A stretch of DNA of 64,000 nt. It comes from Octopus sinensis (taxonomy: Eukaryota). Under the pieces are notes generated by a model. That model searched no databases and was not told the DNA's origin. It saw only the letters and a program-made list of their open reading frames with translations. Where the stretch lies: assembly GCF_006345805.1 (NCBI RefSeq), contig NC_043003.1, positions 41,788,001 through 41,852,000 on the forward strand, given 5' to 3'. A program made the position numbers and the translations under genes. Positions 1-14,079 of this stretch are shown in pieces. How positions within the stretch are numbered: position 1 is the stretch's first letter; each line of letters starts with the position of its first letter.

Positions 1-84
1 ATCTCGGAAATATCTGTAAATTCATTTGAATTAAGTATACACATGTCCAGTTACGTACTCATGTCTGTACTTCTGGATGCAGTA

Positions 85-140
85 TGTCTATATATGCAGT
101 ATCTATCTATCTATCTCTCTCTCTCACTCTCTCTCTCTCA

Positions 141-209
<69 letters not shown>

Positions 210-234
210 GTATATATCTATTTATCTATACACA

Positions 235-320
<86 letters not shown>
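85..320. repeat. Compound microsatellite (TCTA/CT/TA/CA)
   Basis: Consecutive simple-repeat tracts read directly. They explain ORFs 43..339, 77..331 and 84..362. Confidence 0.95.
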
Positions 321-322
<2 letters not shown>

Positions 323-344
323 GAGGCATAGCGGCATAACTACA

Positions 345-1142
345 AAGATAATTAAACTTTAGGGGCGGGTAAATTACTTGAGTAGATCGTTTCCAGAATT
401 TTTTTAGAAATTTTTGTTGAAGAAAATGACAAAAGACGGGTTCCTAAAGAAGTACAAAACGTAATCATTCTTACCAGAAGTGGACTCATTTAATATCAGA
501 ATAGGCTTTTAGAGAAGAAATAAGGGTTTAAGTATAATGAAGTTGACTTTTATTTGTGCTAGACGGTATAATGATTGCTTTTTCCGTATAACTTTACTAA
601 AACCATTACTTGTTGAAATCTGACGGCCATGCTGATAATCACGGTCCAGGCCACATTTTACGGTTGAATAAAATATCATCTAAGATGATGTTTATTGGTA
701 ATTAAACTTAATTTGCAATACCTGTGCGTATTTATCAGCTTTGTTTTTGTTGGTAATTCTTATTAAAAACTTTTTCTTGCAATCGTGATTTGAGAAGACA
801 TGCAGCAATATGCTAAAGATCGGACATAATCTCTTGAGCGTAAGAAATTTAGAATGATGTTTATTATAAACAACACAAACAATTTGTAATTTGATAGCTT
901 TTGATGTGATACTTGTTAAACAGAAATTATTTTATCTAAAAATTTAATAAGATCTAAGCATAAGTAAGTGAAATTATGCTAAATACAACTAAACTGAAAA
1001 CTTTTTTTCTCTCTGGCCATATAGGAAATTCTGAAAATTCGTGGGTGCGAATTTTACATGAGTAGAAGCGTTTTTAACTTTTTATCCTGAAAATCACCCG
1101 CGTAAAATACACAGGTTGCGCAAATTACATTGGGTTTTACAG

Positions 1143-1143
<1 letters not shown>
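345..1143. mobile_element. Putative non-autonomous Tc1/pogo-type DNA element (only one terminus recognised)
   Basis: Ends GGGTTTTACAG-TA next to (TA)n. A subterminal-type motif occurs twice (GGGGCGGGTAAATTACTTGAGTAG near 362; GGGTGCGAATTTTACATGAGTAG near 1043). No matching left TIR found. Confidence 0.3.
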
Positions 1144-1191
<48 letters not shown>

Positions 1192-2599
1192 AGGAATCGT
1201 TCTTCAGTGCGAGTTTATATTAGCAGGTACACATTCTACGCATATGCACTTAATTTTATTCCTCTTTATACTTAAGAAGAGATCCGCCTGTGAGTTTTTA
1301 AAGTTATGTGCTATAGTCGTGTGTCATTACGTTTTATTATTATAGTGACCCACACACTATTCAGAAGCGATTTATCGAAAAGGTAAGTTATTTATCAAGA
1401 CAAAACATTAAGAGAGCAATCGCTTGTAGAAAAACGCAAAATAATGTATAAATTATGATCCGCTAGCTTATTTGAATGTCAGTTCATATATCATTTGGCA
1501 TTATCTACATTCGCCCACAACAAATTTTTTTCATTGCAGTAGTAAGAATTAAGCTGAATCTCTCACAACAGAATGCAAAAAAGTTCAACCAATAAGAAAA
1601 TTAATATGCCATTAGCAGATACACAATATATTTTAACTGCTTCCAGAAGAGCAAATTCTATATAACAAAGTTCATAACTGAAATCAAACTAAATGTCTTA
1701 CATACGTCTAAACATTTTCTTAAACAAGATTTCAGCAACTTTGTTCCTTTTATAGAGAAACAATCTGGGAGAAATACCACTACACACTACATATAAGTTT
1801 GGGTTACGTAGGATAGTGTTATTAAATATCAGCTGATCAATGGAATTATATTTTTTCACCGCGTGTAATATCCGGAAATAAGTATATTAATTTCTCGCAT
1901 CAGGGCGCATTAGCGAATAATTAATTAGCTGATTTATGCAAGAAAGAGCCTCTGTTCTTGTTAGATGCTTCGACACAGGGTAGCTTTGAAAGAGAAGGCA
2001 AGCGATAAATTCAAAACATTACGGTGTCTCAAAGTTACCTTACTCCAGTGAAATCACGTGTTATATGAAACTGTTAGAAATTATTGGTCAATAGTAGAAA
2101 TATTATTCGAAATTTCTAAGCTTTCATTTCTCGCTTCAAGATGGTATCCACTCAGTACAATTAATTTGTTTATAAGTAAATATGTTCACTATGACTCACT
2201 TACTGAGATATTTTGATGTGTAGTATATTTCTGAAATATAGTACATTCTAATACTGTGTACAAATATCTGTGAAAGTTGTTTTCTTTATTTTGCTCCCGT
2301 GAAATATTTCAAAATTTGGCATTATGAGTATCTGGTCTTTGAATTTTCAGTACTCTGATTTTTAGTTATTCATAATTAAGCTTTCTCGCATTCCACAAAC
2401 TCATATTTACATTTGTGACTCAATTTCCTTTTCGCTATATTTGTACCAGGTTGAGTTAGGATTTTTTTTTTTCCGGATTTTCACCAATGATATTTTGCAA
2501 CTTGTATCTCTGTTTATTCTTTAGTCTACAGCTGTGAAAATGAATGGTACAAAAATAGGAATTACAACAATTTTACTCTACCTGTGTAAAAACATGCTT

Positions 2600-2945
2600 A
2601 GTATAAAGGCAGTAGGAAAAGAAATGAATGATGTGGAAGGCCCAGGAACTGACAACAGACATTTCAAGAAAGGTGACACCAGTCTTGAAGACAATTCAAT
2701 GCCAGGAGACATTTTGTTCTGGAAGATGAAGCCTTGCTGGAATGGTTGAAGAAAAGTCAAGCACAAGCGCTCGAACTTGGTCCGTCACAACACCATTAAT
2801 AGACAATTCCATAAGCTCGGCCTTGTGAGCAGACCTGTCGAGTAGCTCCTCAGGAATTTAACAAGGACCAGGCTCAACTACGTGTGAACAAGTGTTGGTA
2901 AATCCTCTAGAAGCCCATTTTTGGCGTCGAATTGATCTAGTTCTC
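2600..2945 (+). mobile_element. Degenerate mariner transposase N-terminal fragment
   Basis: FKKGDTSLEDNSMPG resembles the mariner F..GD.SLED..RSGRP motif. Downstream FHKLGLVSR..LPQEFNKDQAQLRV resembles LG...WVPH.L...Q...RV. Multiple stops and frameshifts. Confidence 0.7.
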
Positions 2946-4525
2946 ACTGTTCACATTCTCTATAATAGTGGTCCCTGCTTTCTCACCTGAGCTCATCTAC
3001 AACCGTTTCATTAATATGTGCAGTTTTTTATCGACTCTTACACAATCTACATCTCAACACATGCAAAGCCTCTTCAAACAATTTTCAACAATCTCTCCTT
3101 TCTTAAAAAAACTATTTTTCCCTAATCTCCTTTTGATTCTGCCATCTATTATCTTATGTATTATCCGCTTTCTTGTCCGTATAATTAACAGCGCTGCATC
3201 TATATGTGTTTTATATCTATATATATATGTGTGTGTGTTTTCTTGTGTCTTTTAAAACAGAAATACAGTTATATATCTGTATGTTCTTTAGTATTTTTAA
3301 ACAGAAATAGACACGTGCGCATTTTTATAGAATCATTTACGTTTACACATGAGTGTATACGCATTGGCTCCGAAGTCTGTGAGTGTATGTATGCATTAGT
3401 ATATGTCTATGTGTGAACATAGGAAACGACTATTTATCTGAGATTCAGACTGGATTGACGTGCAGGAATATATGTGCATGCGTGTATCTAAATATAGGTG
3501 TTTGCGCATGCGCGTTTATATCTCAGTAATTACAGTGAATGCGTACAGTAGCATACATGTGAATGTAGGTAAATATTCTACTTGTACACAAGTACATATA
3601 TCCCACTTCACTTCCACGAAAGTTTTTAGTGCAGTGTTTGTGTACTACAATCAAAAGTCATTAACGGTATTTCTAAGTATATTTCCCTAGATCTACATGC
3701 GTAAATGCGTACTATAACTACATCTGCGGAATACATGTAAATATGCATGTGTGAGTTAGTATGTTATATCTATTGTTGAAATGGGGCACTACAACAAAAT
3801 AACCACAAAACATCATTAACGTGTGCAATAAAGGCACACACAAAAATTCAACGGTATCAATAATGTCAACAGAAACAAGAACAATAATCATATAACCACC
3901 AAGAAGATTAAAGATATAGCTTCACAAATATCTATACCAAAAATACAAAATCACAAATACTAAGAGAAGTGTAAATGCGAAAGAAAACAACACCAACAAC
4001 TACAAGTATTAAATCAAAAAACGATATTTGCATATACTTAGCTACAGCCATTTTAATATGTACATATATACGCTTGTGTGATTTTACGAATGTATTTGTT
4101 TGTAAAGTGTTCGTTCTATCAATCTATCTCTCTTTGTCTTTATTTATATCTTTCTGACTTCCCTCCTCTTTTTCGGCTTATCTAGCTATCGATCTATTTA
4201 TATATCCGTATATCATTTGTATTACTTTTATGTGCATTTTCTGTTTGCATTGAGGTTAATGTGAGAATACATACTGTCTTGTCTGTGTGTGTATATGCGT
4301 GTTAGAGTATCAGTGAACATGCATTTAGTCGGGAATCTTCTTGTATAACTTTGTTGTTTGATGAGGTGTTTATAATATAGTGATGTGCATATAATTACAG
4401 TTGATGTATAAGTAATTGCTTCTATAATTGGCTGAAAATAAGTAACTGCCTGTTTGTTGCTTGTGGATGTTTGCCTGTTCGTACAGACAACAGGTATACA
4501 TGTACTTTTGTCAGCTTACAAAGCA

Positions 4526-4642
4526 TACATACTTACATACACATATACATACATACAAACATACATGCATACATACATACATATACATATACATATACAT
4601 ACATACATACATATATATATATATAATATATATATATAATAT

Positions 4643-4698
<56 letters not shown>

Positions 4699-4700
4699 AT
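4526..4700. repeat. (TACA)n/(TA)n microsatellite
   Basis: Read directly. Confidence 0.95.
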
Positions 4701-5242
4701 GAATGATATATTTTGGTTGTGTGTGCGCGTGTTCATGTATGAGTATTTATATACACTCGCACACAAATTTATGCAAGCATTTACACATTTATACACTGAT
4801 GCACAAAATTTAAGATGCGTACACATATTTTATTTTTTTTGCATATTATTAGATTTAAGCGTACGGTTTTCTATGTTTGTCTTGTTAATGCCATTTGGGA
4901 TTTTAAAGCGAGTTTTTAGCCAATTTCTTGTAGATAATGATAAGCATATCAAGCTGGCGTGAAATCTTCAAACTACATCGCCGATATCAATACATATCTT
5001 CGATAATATTAGCATTACTGCTTTACATTCTCATATACTTAGGCGCACACACATGAACACACACAAACACACACACACACGTACGCACAAAGGCACAAAC
5101 GCACATACACACACATGTGTGTGTTAGATGTATGCATGAATATATATTTATATATAATATATATGTTCGATATATATATATGTATATATGTATGTAACAT
5201 ATGGATCATTGGCGATTTTTCTAATAACTGTGTGTGTTATTA

Positions 5243-5282
<40 letters not shown>

Positions 5283-5439
5283 ACAAATAACACACACACA
5301 CACACGCACATATATATTTATTTTTATTACGACCTCAAGGGTCAAACACAGAGGGGACAGCACAAGGACAGACACAACACCACAGCGCTGACAAAAACAT
5401 AAAACGAATGAAAAAGGAGAAAAATGTTATATAAAAATG

Positions 5440-5900
5440 AAAAATGAAATGTCGTCAAAAATGCCCACTCTTTCGTCTTTATGGTTTAAGTGGAGTGCTT
5501 TATCGCTTCGTCTTCGGTTGCGAATCACGCCTCCACTGTGCCACACTTCCTACTTCTTGTTATGAAAGTGGTGAATTTTTCACTTCGCTTAGGCACTACT
5601 CAATATCTTCGATAGTTGCTATTTCTATCGTTCGTGATGAAACTTTCAGTGTTTTATATGTCACTGTTCTCTTCTATACTCCGTTCGTTAGTTCGTCTGG
5701 TGGCGTCAATTTTAGGTTATGGCCTTCATTTTCTAGTAGCTTCCCACACACTTTCAGCTTTTTCGGTTCTGTTTTTACGTTGCAAACCTCCAAAGCGTCC
5801 AAGTCCACTCCTCTGCCAGTTGCTGCTGCATAAGTGTGGCCTTTTGCTAGTCCAACTTCCATTTCTCTTCTCTTCTCAGGTTCTCCCATAAGTAAGAAGA
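5440..5900 (-). mobile_element. Possible LINE ORF1 relic
   Basis: The minus strand reads TYAAATG...KRTVTYKT..IEIATIEDIE, reminiscent of non-LTR ORF1 N-termini. It is interrupted by stops and has no diagnostic domain. Confidence 0.25.
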
Positions 5901-6264
5901 ATAACACAAATCAACAAACTCGTAATATATATATATATATATCTATATATCATACATATATTGCATATGTGTATTCATTATCGAGTGTTAGGATTCATAA
6001 GGCCGATTTCCTGGTTTCCAAGATGTATCTGATACCGAAATCCCAACGAAACGCTGTAAGATTCAAGGACAACAGCTTTGAGGAAAGGGGACAAGAGTAT
6101 TACTGTCAGTTCACTACTTGGCTGTTATACTATATTATGGACCCCTGAAGAGATACAAAGCAACGTTGGCGTCGGTGTGATTTGAGCTCAGAACTTAAAG
6201 ATCCAGAAGAAAAGTGTTTATGCATTAGGTCCAACATGGTAACGATGTGCCAGCTCGCCTTCTT

Positions 6265-6670
<406 letters not shown>

Positions 6671-7940
6671 CGAGGGGCGTTCAATAAGTAATGCCCCTGA
6701 CCCACTTCCCATAGCAGTAGAGCAACGACACTTGGCGCAGTTATTAGTATTTTCCTACATAGAAACTACCCAGAGTTATGCATTTCTCCCATCGTTTGAT
6801 ACAGCTCTGGAAACCGTTTTTGTAGAAAATCCCAGCTTGGTCCTCCAACCACGACGTGAGTTCAGAAATCAAGGCTGCATCATCTGGGAAACGCGTTCCT
6901 TTCAAAATCAACTTCATGGCTGGGAAGAGGTGAAAATCAGAGGGTGCAAGGGGAGGTGTTCATAGCTGCACGCCTGTGCTTCTGATCTGGCGACACGCGA
7001 GTTGTGGACCGGAGCGTTGTCCTGCAGGAGGAGGATGCCTTTGCTGATCTTGCCCCGCCTCTTGATTTTGATAGCTTCTCTTAATTTCCTCAAAAGTGAA
7101 GCATAATAGGCTCCTGTAATTGTGGTACCCTTTGCCAGGAAATCTGTCATCACTACTCCGTCCTGATCCCAGAAGACTGTGAGCATAACCTTGTCAGCGG
7201 AGGGCTGCACCCTTGCCTTCTTTGGAGGAGGTGAGTCACGGTGCTTTCACTGCATTGACTGAGCTTTGGTCTATGGATCATAGTGATGGACCCAGGTTTT
7301 ATCCTGTGTGATCAGTCTTTTGAAAAAGTTTGACTCATCTTCTTGGCACATCTCCAAATTCATCCTCGAGCACTCAACGCGTTCTTGCTTCTGGAAAGGT
7401 GTGAGCAACCTGGAAATCCATCTGGCAGACACCTTTTGCATATGCAAATGGTCGTGAATGATAGTTTCCACAGACCCGGTACTAATCTTGACCTTATGGG
7501 CTATTTGGCGAATAGTTATGCGTTGGCCTTCCAAAATGGCAGCCTCAACTTGACGGACAGACGTCTCATCAATGGCAGAAGGGGTCGACCAGATCTGGGA
7601 GCTGTTTCCACAGAGTTCCGACTATGTTTGAATTCACAATGCCAGCGTTTTACAAGGTCATATGATGGGGCATCATCACCATAAGTTACTTTCATTTCAT
7701 CAAAAGTCTCCCGTGGTGTGCGTCCTTTCAAATACAAAAACCAGATCACTGCTCGACACTCAACAGGCTCCATTTCACACTTGACTCAGTTCAAACACCT
7801 GTAAATCAGAAACCACAATTAGTTCAGAGCTGTAATTCACCACGTAATCTATAGAGGTATAAAGAAGTGCACATGCAAAATTTCAGCTAGATCAAACAAC
7901 TGCAAGTGGGTCAGGGGCATTACTTATTTAACGCCCCTCG
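6671..7940 (-). mobile_element. Full-length mariner (Tc1/mariner) element, 1270 bp, inactive
   Basis: 37-bp TIRs CGAGGGGCGTT(C/A)AATAAGTAATGCCCCTGACCCACTT with 1 mismatch. TA target duplication at 6669-6670 and 7941-7942. Confidence 0.97.
6744..7773 (-). pseudogene. Mariner transposase pseudogene
   Basis: Motifs ECRAVIWFLYLKG, ITQDKTWVHHYDP, VMLTVFWD, LLQDNAPVH and LAPSDF are spread over three frames. There are in-frame stops and the PYSPD segment is deleted. Confidence 0.95.
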
Positions 7941-8654
7941 TACATATACATATACGTATATCAATCACATGCTACCTGAAGGTCGAAATACACCAGTGAT
8001 CTTAAGGGGTAATCATTCCTGTAGAGCCGTCTGGAGAAGTTAGGGAAATTTGATATACTTTTGGAAAAGATGATAAAGGGCAACTAGCTCGGTAATCTGA
8101 GCTTAGTCAGAAGATACCTAGATTATATAAAAAAAATCCGATGATGAATTTCGGGCCCAATACATTTCCTTAAAATAAATTAGTACTTTCCTAGCTGTCA
8201 GGATGATGTCAATGACAAACCGAATGATAAGTGTATACATGGCCTTGGCGAGAAAATGCCTGGCAAAAAAGAAAAAAGTACATAGCAAAGAGATATATAT
8301 GAGCAAACAAGCAGTCAGTGTTACATGGATACGTGCACAAAAACAGAAACAGGATAAATAATCAGTTTGAGACCGTGGTATAGAAAAAACAAAAAAAACA
8401 TGCATACACACAATTACCACCACTTACTACACAATATTGATTTCCAAATTTGGCACAAGGCCAGGAATTTTGAAGGAGTGTTAAGTTGATTTTATCGACG
8501 CACGTGCTCAACTTACAACCGGTATTTTTTTACGCCTCTGTACCCTGAAGGTTACCCCAAAGATATTGCAAAGAAAATTACCTGACAGAACACGTAAATG
8601 CCATAGCTGATTTGTTCGACTAAAGTTCAATCATTGCAACGCACAAAAGATAAA

Positions 8655-8988
8655 GTATATAGAAGCTGGTATCAAAAAGTTCTCGGACTAGTTACGTATA
8701 ATATAAGTTTGCCGAAGCATGCTCAATGTCTCTGTAGCAGACGTCCCAAGTTTAACGCAAAATTTCTCGTTGGTTTATTCTTCCAACTTCCTGTCCATGC
8801 CACAATCGCAGACTACAGCATATGCGTGATCACGCAAATTTTGCAACTCGCGAAGTAAAGACAGCGATGTTACTCGGCACACTGCCTTATAAAGGTGACT
8901 GCTAGCTCTCACTGCACACGTAACCGTGTGTTGCCATTTGATGGTGTACTACAGAACAAATGCGGGAACGTTTTGATACTACATCATA
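8655..8988. mobile_element. Mariner-derived MITE (degenerate)
   Basis: The left end TATAGAAGCTGGTATCAAAAAGTTCTCGG and right end GGGAACGTTTTGATACTACATCATA are imperfect inverted repeats about 330 bp apart. No ORF. Confidence 0.45.
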
Positions 8989-9019
8989 ATTGATTTTGTT
9001 AGTTTTCTTTTATCGAGAC

Positions 9020-9790
9020 ATCATCCAGTCAGGCTGGTTGCCTGGACCAGCCTGGCTAACTCTTTCCATCAATTGCGATCTTCCATTCCTGTTTTTAGGT
9101 CTTCAACTTGGTATCCAATAACATTTGCAAGCTGTTGTATATAACGTCTTCCAACTACTGTGGTACTATGATTTGGTACCCACAGCAACACATTACTTAC
9201 AAGTTCTTTACCTCTCCGGGAGTGGCCAGCAAACCTGAGTTTCCCGTCTTGGATGGTTGATGAGAAAGTTGGTACATTCCCATATACCCTCCAAGAGATG
9301 TTGAGCACTGCACGTAACATTCTGGTGGGCACCGTCCAGCATACACCTGAGTCTCTTGGTGAGAGTCTAAATTGGAGATCAATATACAAGCTCAGATTCA
9401 ACAACTGATCTGTAGAACTGTCTCTTCAATTTATCTGGTTGGGTTGACTTCCATATAGTTCTAAGACCGTCTGTAGCTGCCCAAGCCTTAGCAATGCGCG
9501 ATTTAATACCTCTTTCAGTGGAAACGATATTGCTTCCGAGGTAAGTAAACTCGTTGGCATTTTTGAAGGGCTTCTGTTTGATGGCTCAGATTTCACCTGT
9601 TGTTCCCAGGGTAATAAAATCTTTTCATTTACATATAGTCCTGTGTCAGCGGCAACATTTTCCAGATGGAGTAAACGTTCAGCATCTTTTGTGTTATCTA
9701 CGAAGAGCGCTATGTCATCAGCATAATCAGCATCAGTCAAGTAGGTGGCCGGATATCTTCTGCTTCTTGACTTCTGTAAAGTGGGACCCA
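9020..9790 (-). mobile_element. 5'-truncated RTE-clade LINE fragment (RT C-terminal half)
   Basis: YPATYLTDADYADDIAL (YADD). Downstream TRMLRAVLNISW, LRFAGH and MEDR..W are typical of the RTE ORF C-terminus. Frameshifted. Confidence 0.85.
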
Positions 9791-10529
9791 GATTTCGTAT
9801 ATTGCTTGCAACATTGCATTTTTGAGATACAGTAAACGATCGCATATTGCAGAATGAGCTGTCTTAAGAGACAACATAACTAAAAGCTATGTTTCGTGTT
9901 ACGTACCAGTCAAGTCTTCAAATTTGAGAGTTGCTATCGATTATTGTTCACTTTGTTGTAAGAATGCAGCAAGAAGGAAATCAAACACATAATCTATTTA
10001 TATTATTATTCAGCTGTCGTATTATCACGGCGATAAGATTCACCTTAAAACAATGTATTGCATATTAATATTCATATGGGACAAAATATTTCTTATGCTT
10101 TGATTTGAACAACCATCCCAATTAACAATCTATAGCAGCTGACATACTGAGTTGTGAATTCTTCAGTTATACAACGATTACTGGTTCACTAACCAAATGG
10201 TTAAAATGTTGGTTTCCAAACTATATGAATTTAGTTTGGTTCCACACCCTAAGATTTGTCTAAGCGTTTGCTACTATATCCTGGATTTGAAGAATACAAA
10301 TGCATTCAATGATATTTGCCAAAGTTTATCTATGTGTCTGTTGGTCTGTCTGTCTTGTTTCCTCGTTAGCTGGCTGCTGGCTAGCTGGCTAGCTGCCTAA
10401 ACACTTATCTGTCTTTAACTATAACATTCGTACATAAATACAGACATACTGAAATAGAGGCGCAGACAAAAACAGTCATAAATATGCACAAGCAGATATG
10501 AAACATATTTTCTCATTCCTGTTTTTTTT

Positions 10530-10735
10530 TTTGGAAAATTCCTCGATTCTCGTAGTTGTTACGTTCCAAAACCCCCTGTGATAGGTGAAAATCTGCGAAG
10601 TAGAAACAATAATGTACTGTATATCTTATTTTATTTTATTTTCATAATTTGCAAAACAACACCACGAAGGAATCGACGTGAGCTTGAATAAGAAACCGCG
10701 ATAAATGAACCGCGATATGGCGAGGGATTACTGTA
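10530..10735. mobile_element. Pogo/Tigger-type MITE terminus
   Basis: Ends AACCGCGATATGGCGAGGGATTACTG-TA, the reverse complement of a Tigger-like TA-CAGTAATCCCTCG TIR. Partner end not clearly seen. Confidence 0.55.
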
Positions 10736-11129
10736 ATACATTGTTTTGAGTCGACGGCATCAACTTTCTAGCCTTTTGAAAGAACCAAAGAGATTTATTT
10801 TCACTTATTAAGTTACACTTAAAAAAAAACAGCTTCAAATAAACGCACAAAGTGAAAGTAACATAGGGAAAGAGAGCATAAAGAAAGATGCAGTCATTAT
10901 TTTTCCATATAGACAATATGGAAAAAATTGTGAAATATTTCTTCTTTCTATCACCCGCTCTCTTTTCGTGTTTAAATCTGTTTATCATCATCATTGTCTT
11001 TCTCTCAAATGTTTAATTTAACGTCTCATTTCTTAGAATCCTCTACATTAATTTTTCTTTCTCTTCTTCTTCCATGTTTTGTAACTAATCTTCCATTGAT
11101 TCCACTCTTTCCGTTTCTTACTCTCTCTC

Positions 11130-11153
11130 ACTTTTTTTCTTTCTTTCTTTCCT

Positions 11154-11236
<83 letters not shown>

Positions 11237-11250
11237 CGCTCGCTCGCTCT
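11130..11250. repeat. (CTTT)n/(CT)n/(CTCG)n microsatellite
   Basis: Read directly. Confidence 0.95.
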
Positions 11251-12602
11251 CTTTGTGCATCGTTCTCCATTCACCATTATTAATACCAGTGTCAACGCCA
11301 ATGATATTACCCCACACCACTGTCATAGCTACCAATTATTTATTTCTGGTTCTATTTAATTAATGTCCCTTAGCGTTACACAAAAGGTACGTAGAAACGT
11401 AGTATTGTTTTAATACTTATATCAACTTCGGTAAAAGGAAAAAAAAAATAACGTCATTTGAAAAAATTTAAATTGAAGTACAAATTCCATCTAAAATTTA
11501 TGCGTCTGAAAAGCAAGTCCTCTCTATCTTTTCTCAAGATACATCTATTTACAGATATTCATTTGAACTGCCACTACATCATCTTCACCGAAATACCTAC
11601 AAAGCCTATAATGATTGTGGATACGATTTACTGTTCGTTCCATCTATACAATCAAATAGAACGGAATAATCTATTAAATTTGTCTCGCCTGATGTTGATA
11701 TTCTATTAAAATCTAGAAAAAGCTGCGCGTTGTTATCCAATAAGAAAGACATCTTAGACATCTTTATTAAGTAGGCACTCAATTTCAAGTGTTTTATATT
11801 TTTAACATTCGTAAAACACGAGAAGTGTTTCCTGACGTTTCAGGCAGATCTCTTCTTCAAAGTTTCCAAAGATTCTAATTATTTTCTTTTATATTCTTAG
11901 CTTTTGTTTGTTCTAGTGTAGACGACTAACTCTAGTGGTTAAATTGTTGTAATGCCATCTGTTATTTCCCACGATCAAACATCGTACTACGTGTTTCATT
12001 GTGTTTTTACAATACCTCATATAAACTACCTATTGACACGGCTATTCACATATTCATATACACAACTAAGAATTCCTACCTACATAGAGATGCATATACA
12101 CACACATATATACATATATGCATCGTACATATATATATATACACACATACATATACGTGTATTTATGTGCGCTCGTACGTGTGTATGTGTTGTACACCAA
12201 GGATTAGCTATTGAAAAATAAACACAAACACACATATATACACATTCGATTTGAGTACGAGTGTTCAATCAATTCTCTTGTGGCAGAGTGTGGATTGTTA
12301 CTTAAGATACACATAAACCTTTGTTTAATGATTCTATAATTTGATATCTTATTGTATTCTTGTAGTTGCTTCTTGCAATTCTTAATGTAAAGCTATATGT
12401 CTAAACATATGTAGATGTATTTTTTCGAGGATCACACTACCAGTAAAATCACCAAACATTCTGAGAGCAGTCAACTTCTACATCAATTGAATAGTAAATC
12501 AATGGACTACAACAAGTGCTTGTGAATTAGCGATTTTTAATGTTTTCACCAACTACAATTGATTTATCATGCTCCAATAATACATACATTTTTCACTTAT
12601 GA

Positions 12603-13133
12603 TGTGAGGTCAGTCACGAGTGTTACTTGTGTAACAATCTACTGCATGATGGGGCCTTCCAGGAAGAAAAACGCTCGCCCGTCATCCTTGCTAGAAATGC
12701 TGCAGTACGAATATCCTGTCTAGCAAAGTAGCACGAGGTATTTAGAATTTCCTATGCAATGTCCTGTCTCACGTGCTGCCAGACCACTGGAAGCGAGTCA
12801 TGCTCTAGTTTATGGTAAAACATGTCGCTAAGAGACAGTATTTTCGGCAATATATCTGGGCAAGCAGTCTAGGCTCGGCTAGCTTGTGAGTGGGCAACTA
12901 GAAGGACAATATTGAACGTAAAACCTCACTGACTGTGAGTGCCTGAAAAATGCCAAGACCAAGTGAGCCAACCTCGACAGTAAATATGGTCAAAAGAAGA
13001 CTCGAGGCCAAACGACCTTAATCATCCTGAAGAGAGCATCAAGATTCAAGGAAAGAATTATCTGAGGCCCCAGCCTTCTGTTATGAGTATGTGAATTTTC
13101 ATTCATTATATATATCTAATCTTGTTGTTGACA
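12603..13133. mobile_element. Possible solo LTR
   Basis: About 530 bp, more GC-rich than the flanks, bounded by TGT...ACA. No convincing target-site duplication and no second copy in the window. Confidence 0.2.
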
Positions 13134-13755
13134 TTATTTCACTGCAAGTGTTCTCTGTATGTTCTGTAATAACACAAAATAAGTCATCATTTTAAAATTC
13201 ACCAAATTAAACAAAATTGATCACATTAAAGATATCAGGATCTTACACAGATCTACATTGAAACCTCTGGCAACAGACATGTTATTATCCCTTACAGTCT
13301 ACATTTGTTTTAGCAGTGACATCTGACATTAGGAATTAGCTAAGTTCGTGTAATAGTCACTAAGTTAGTCGGCTCGTGATCTGTATTTTGTTAATTCCTC
13401 TATGTTGTTGAGAAGTTGCGTAGCCAAGTAGTCTGCTGGGCCTACAATCGCAAGCTTTTGGAGTGGATTTATACACCAGACGACGCATTGTGTTCTTGAG
13501 TAATGTGAATTATTTCACTTTGCTGCAATATTCTCAACTGAAAACGTATACTACCTTAGTATCAATGTCTTTGCTTCCTCTCGCTGTTACATCTTCAACG
13601 ATTCACTTAGTCAAAGCTATAATAAATGGCAGTGCACCTGTGGCTAATCGTATTTGCAAAGGCGCCTAAAACATATAGCAAACGTGAGGTACAAGTTACC
13701 TGGGCAGACTTGTTTGTAAGAGATGACAAAGTTACTCATTTATAGCACTATTTAC

Positions 13756-13882
13756 CAAAAAGAATCTTTCATGTTCACGATAAAGGTATTTCGATTTGGT
13801 CCCACTTTTTTCCCAATAGTCTTCGTGTTGCAAATGGTCACTGGTCTCGGAGATCCCAACGTAGAATTCCGTCCAGACTAAC
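13756..13882 (-). CDS. Candidate isolated coding exon (127 bp), product unknown
   Basis: Acceptor CTTTTTTCTGTTTACAG| and donor TTG|GTAAAT. Only one frame is open: LVWTEFYVGISETSDHLQHEDYWEKSGTKSKYLYREHERFFL. No homology recognised. Confidence 0.25.
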
Positions 13883-14039
13883 CTGTAAACAGAAAAAAGG
13901 TGTGTAGTCGAATGACTTTTAAATACTCTCATACACTCGCGTACAAATGTGCGTACATATATGTTAAGATGTGCGAGCATGCATGAGTACATGATGTGTA
14001 TATTTATATATATGCGTGTGTGCACGCGTGAGTGTGTGT

Positions 14040-14079
<40 letters not shown>

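Noticed and set aside
43-362. ORFs rich in YI/HT/SL dipeptides, here and throughout the track (e.g. 4461, 21274, 22483, 27660, 49048, 52427, 54199, 61802)
   Set aside because: They are translations of stop-free dinucleotide and tetranucleotide microsatellites with no coding signal.
1190-1215. CTGAAGA on the minus strand running into (TA)n
   Set aside because: No GAAA or stem III is present, so it cannot be distinguished from chance.
11831-11867. Hammerhead-like TTGAAGA..GAAACGTC on the minus strand
   Set aside because: C3 is mutated and stems I and II pair for only about 2 bp. Possibly an old relic, but not supportable.
13790-13860. FATRRLLGKKWD resemblance to the Hsp70 ATPase motif
   Set aside because: It is in a frame with adjacent stops and has no flanking similarity. 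Judged coincidental.
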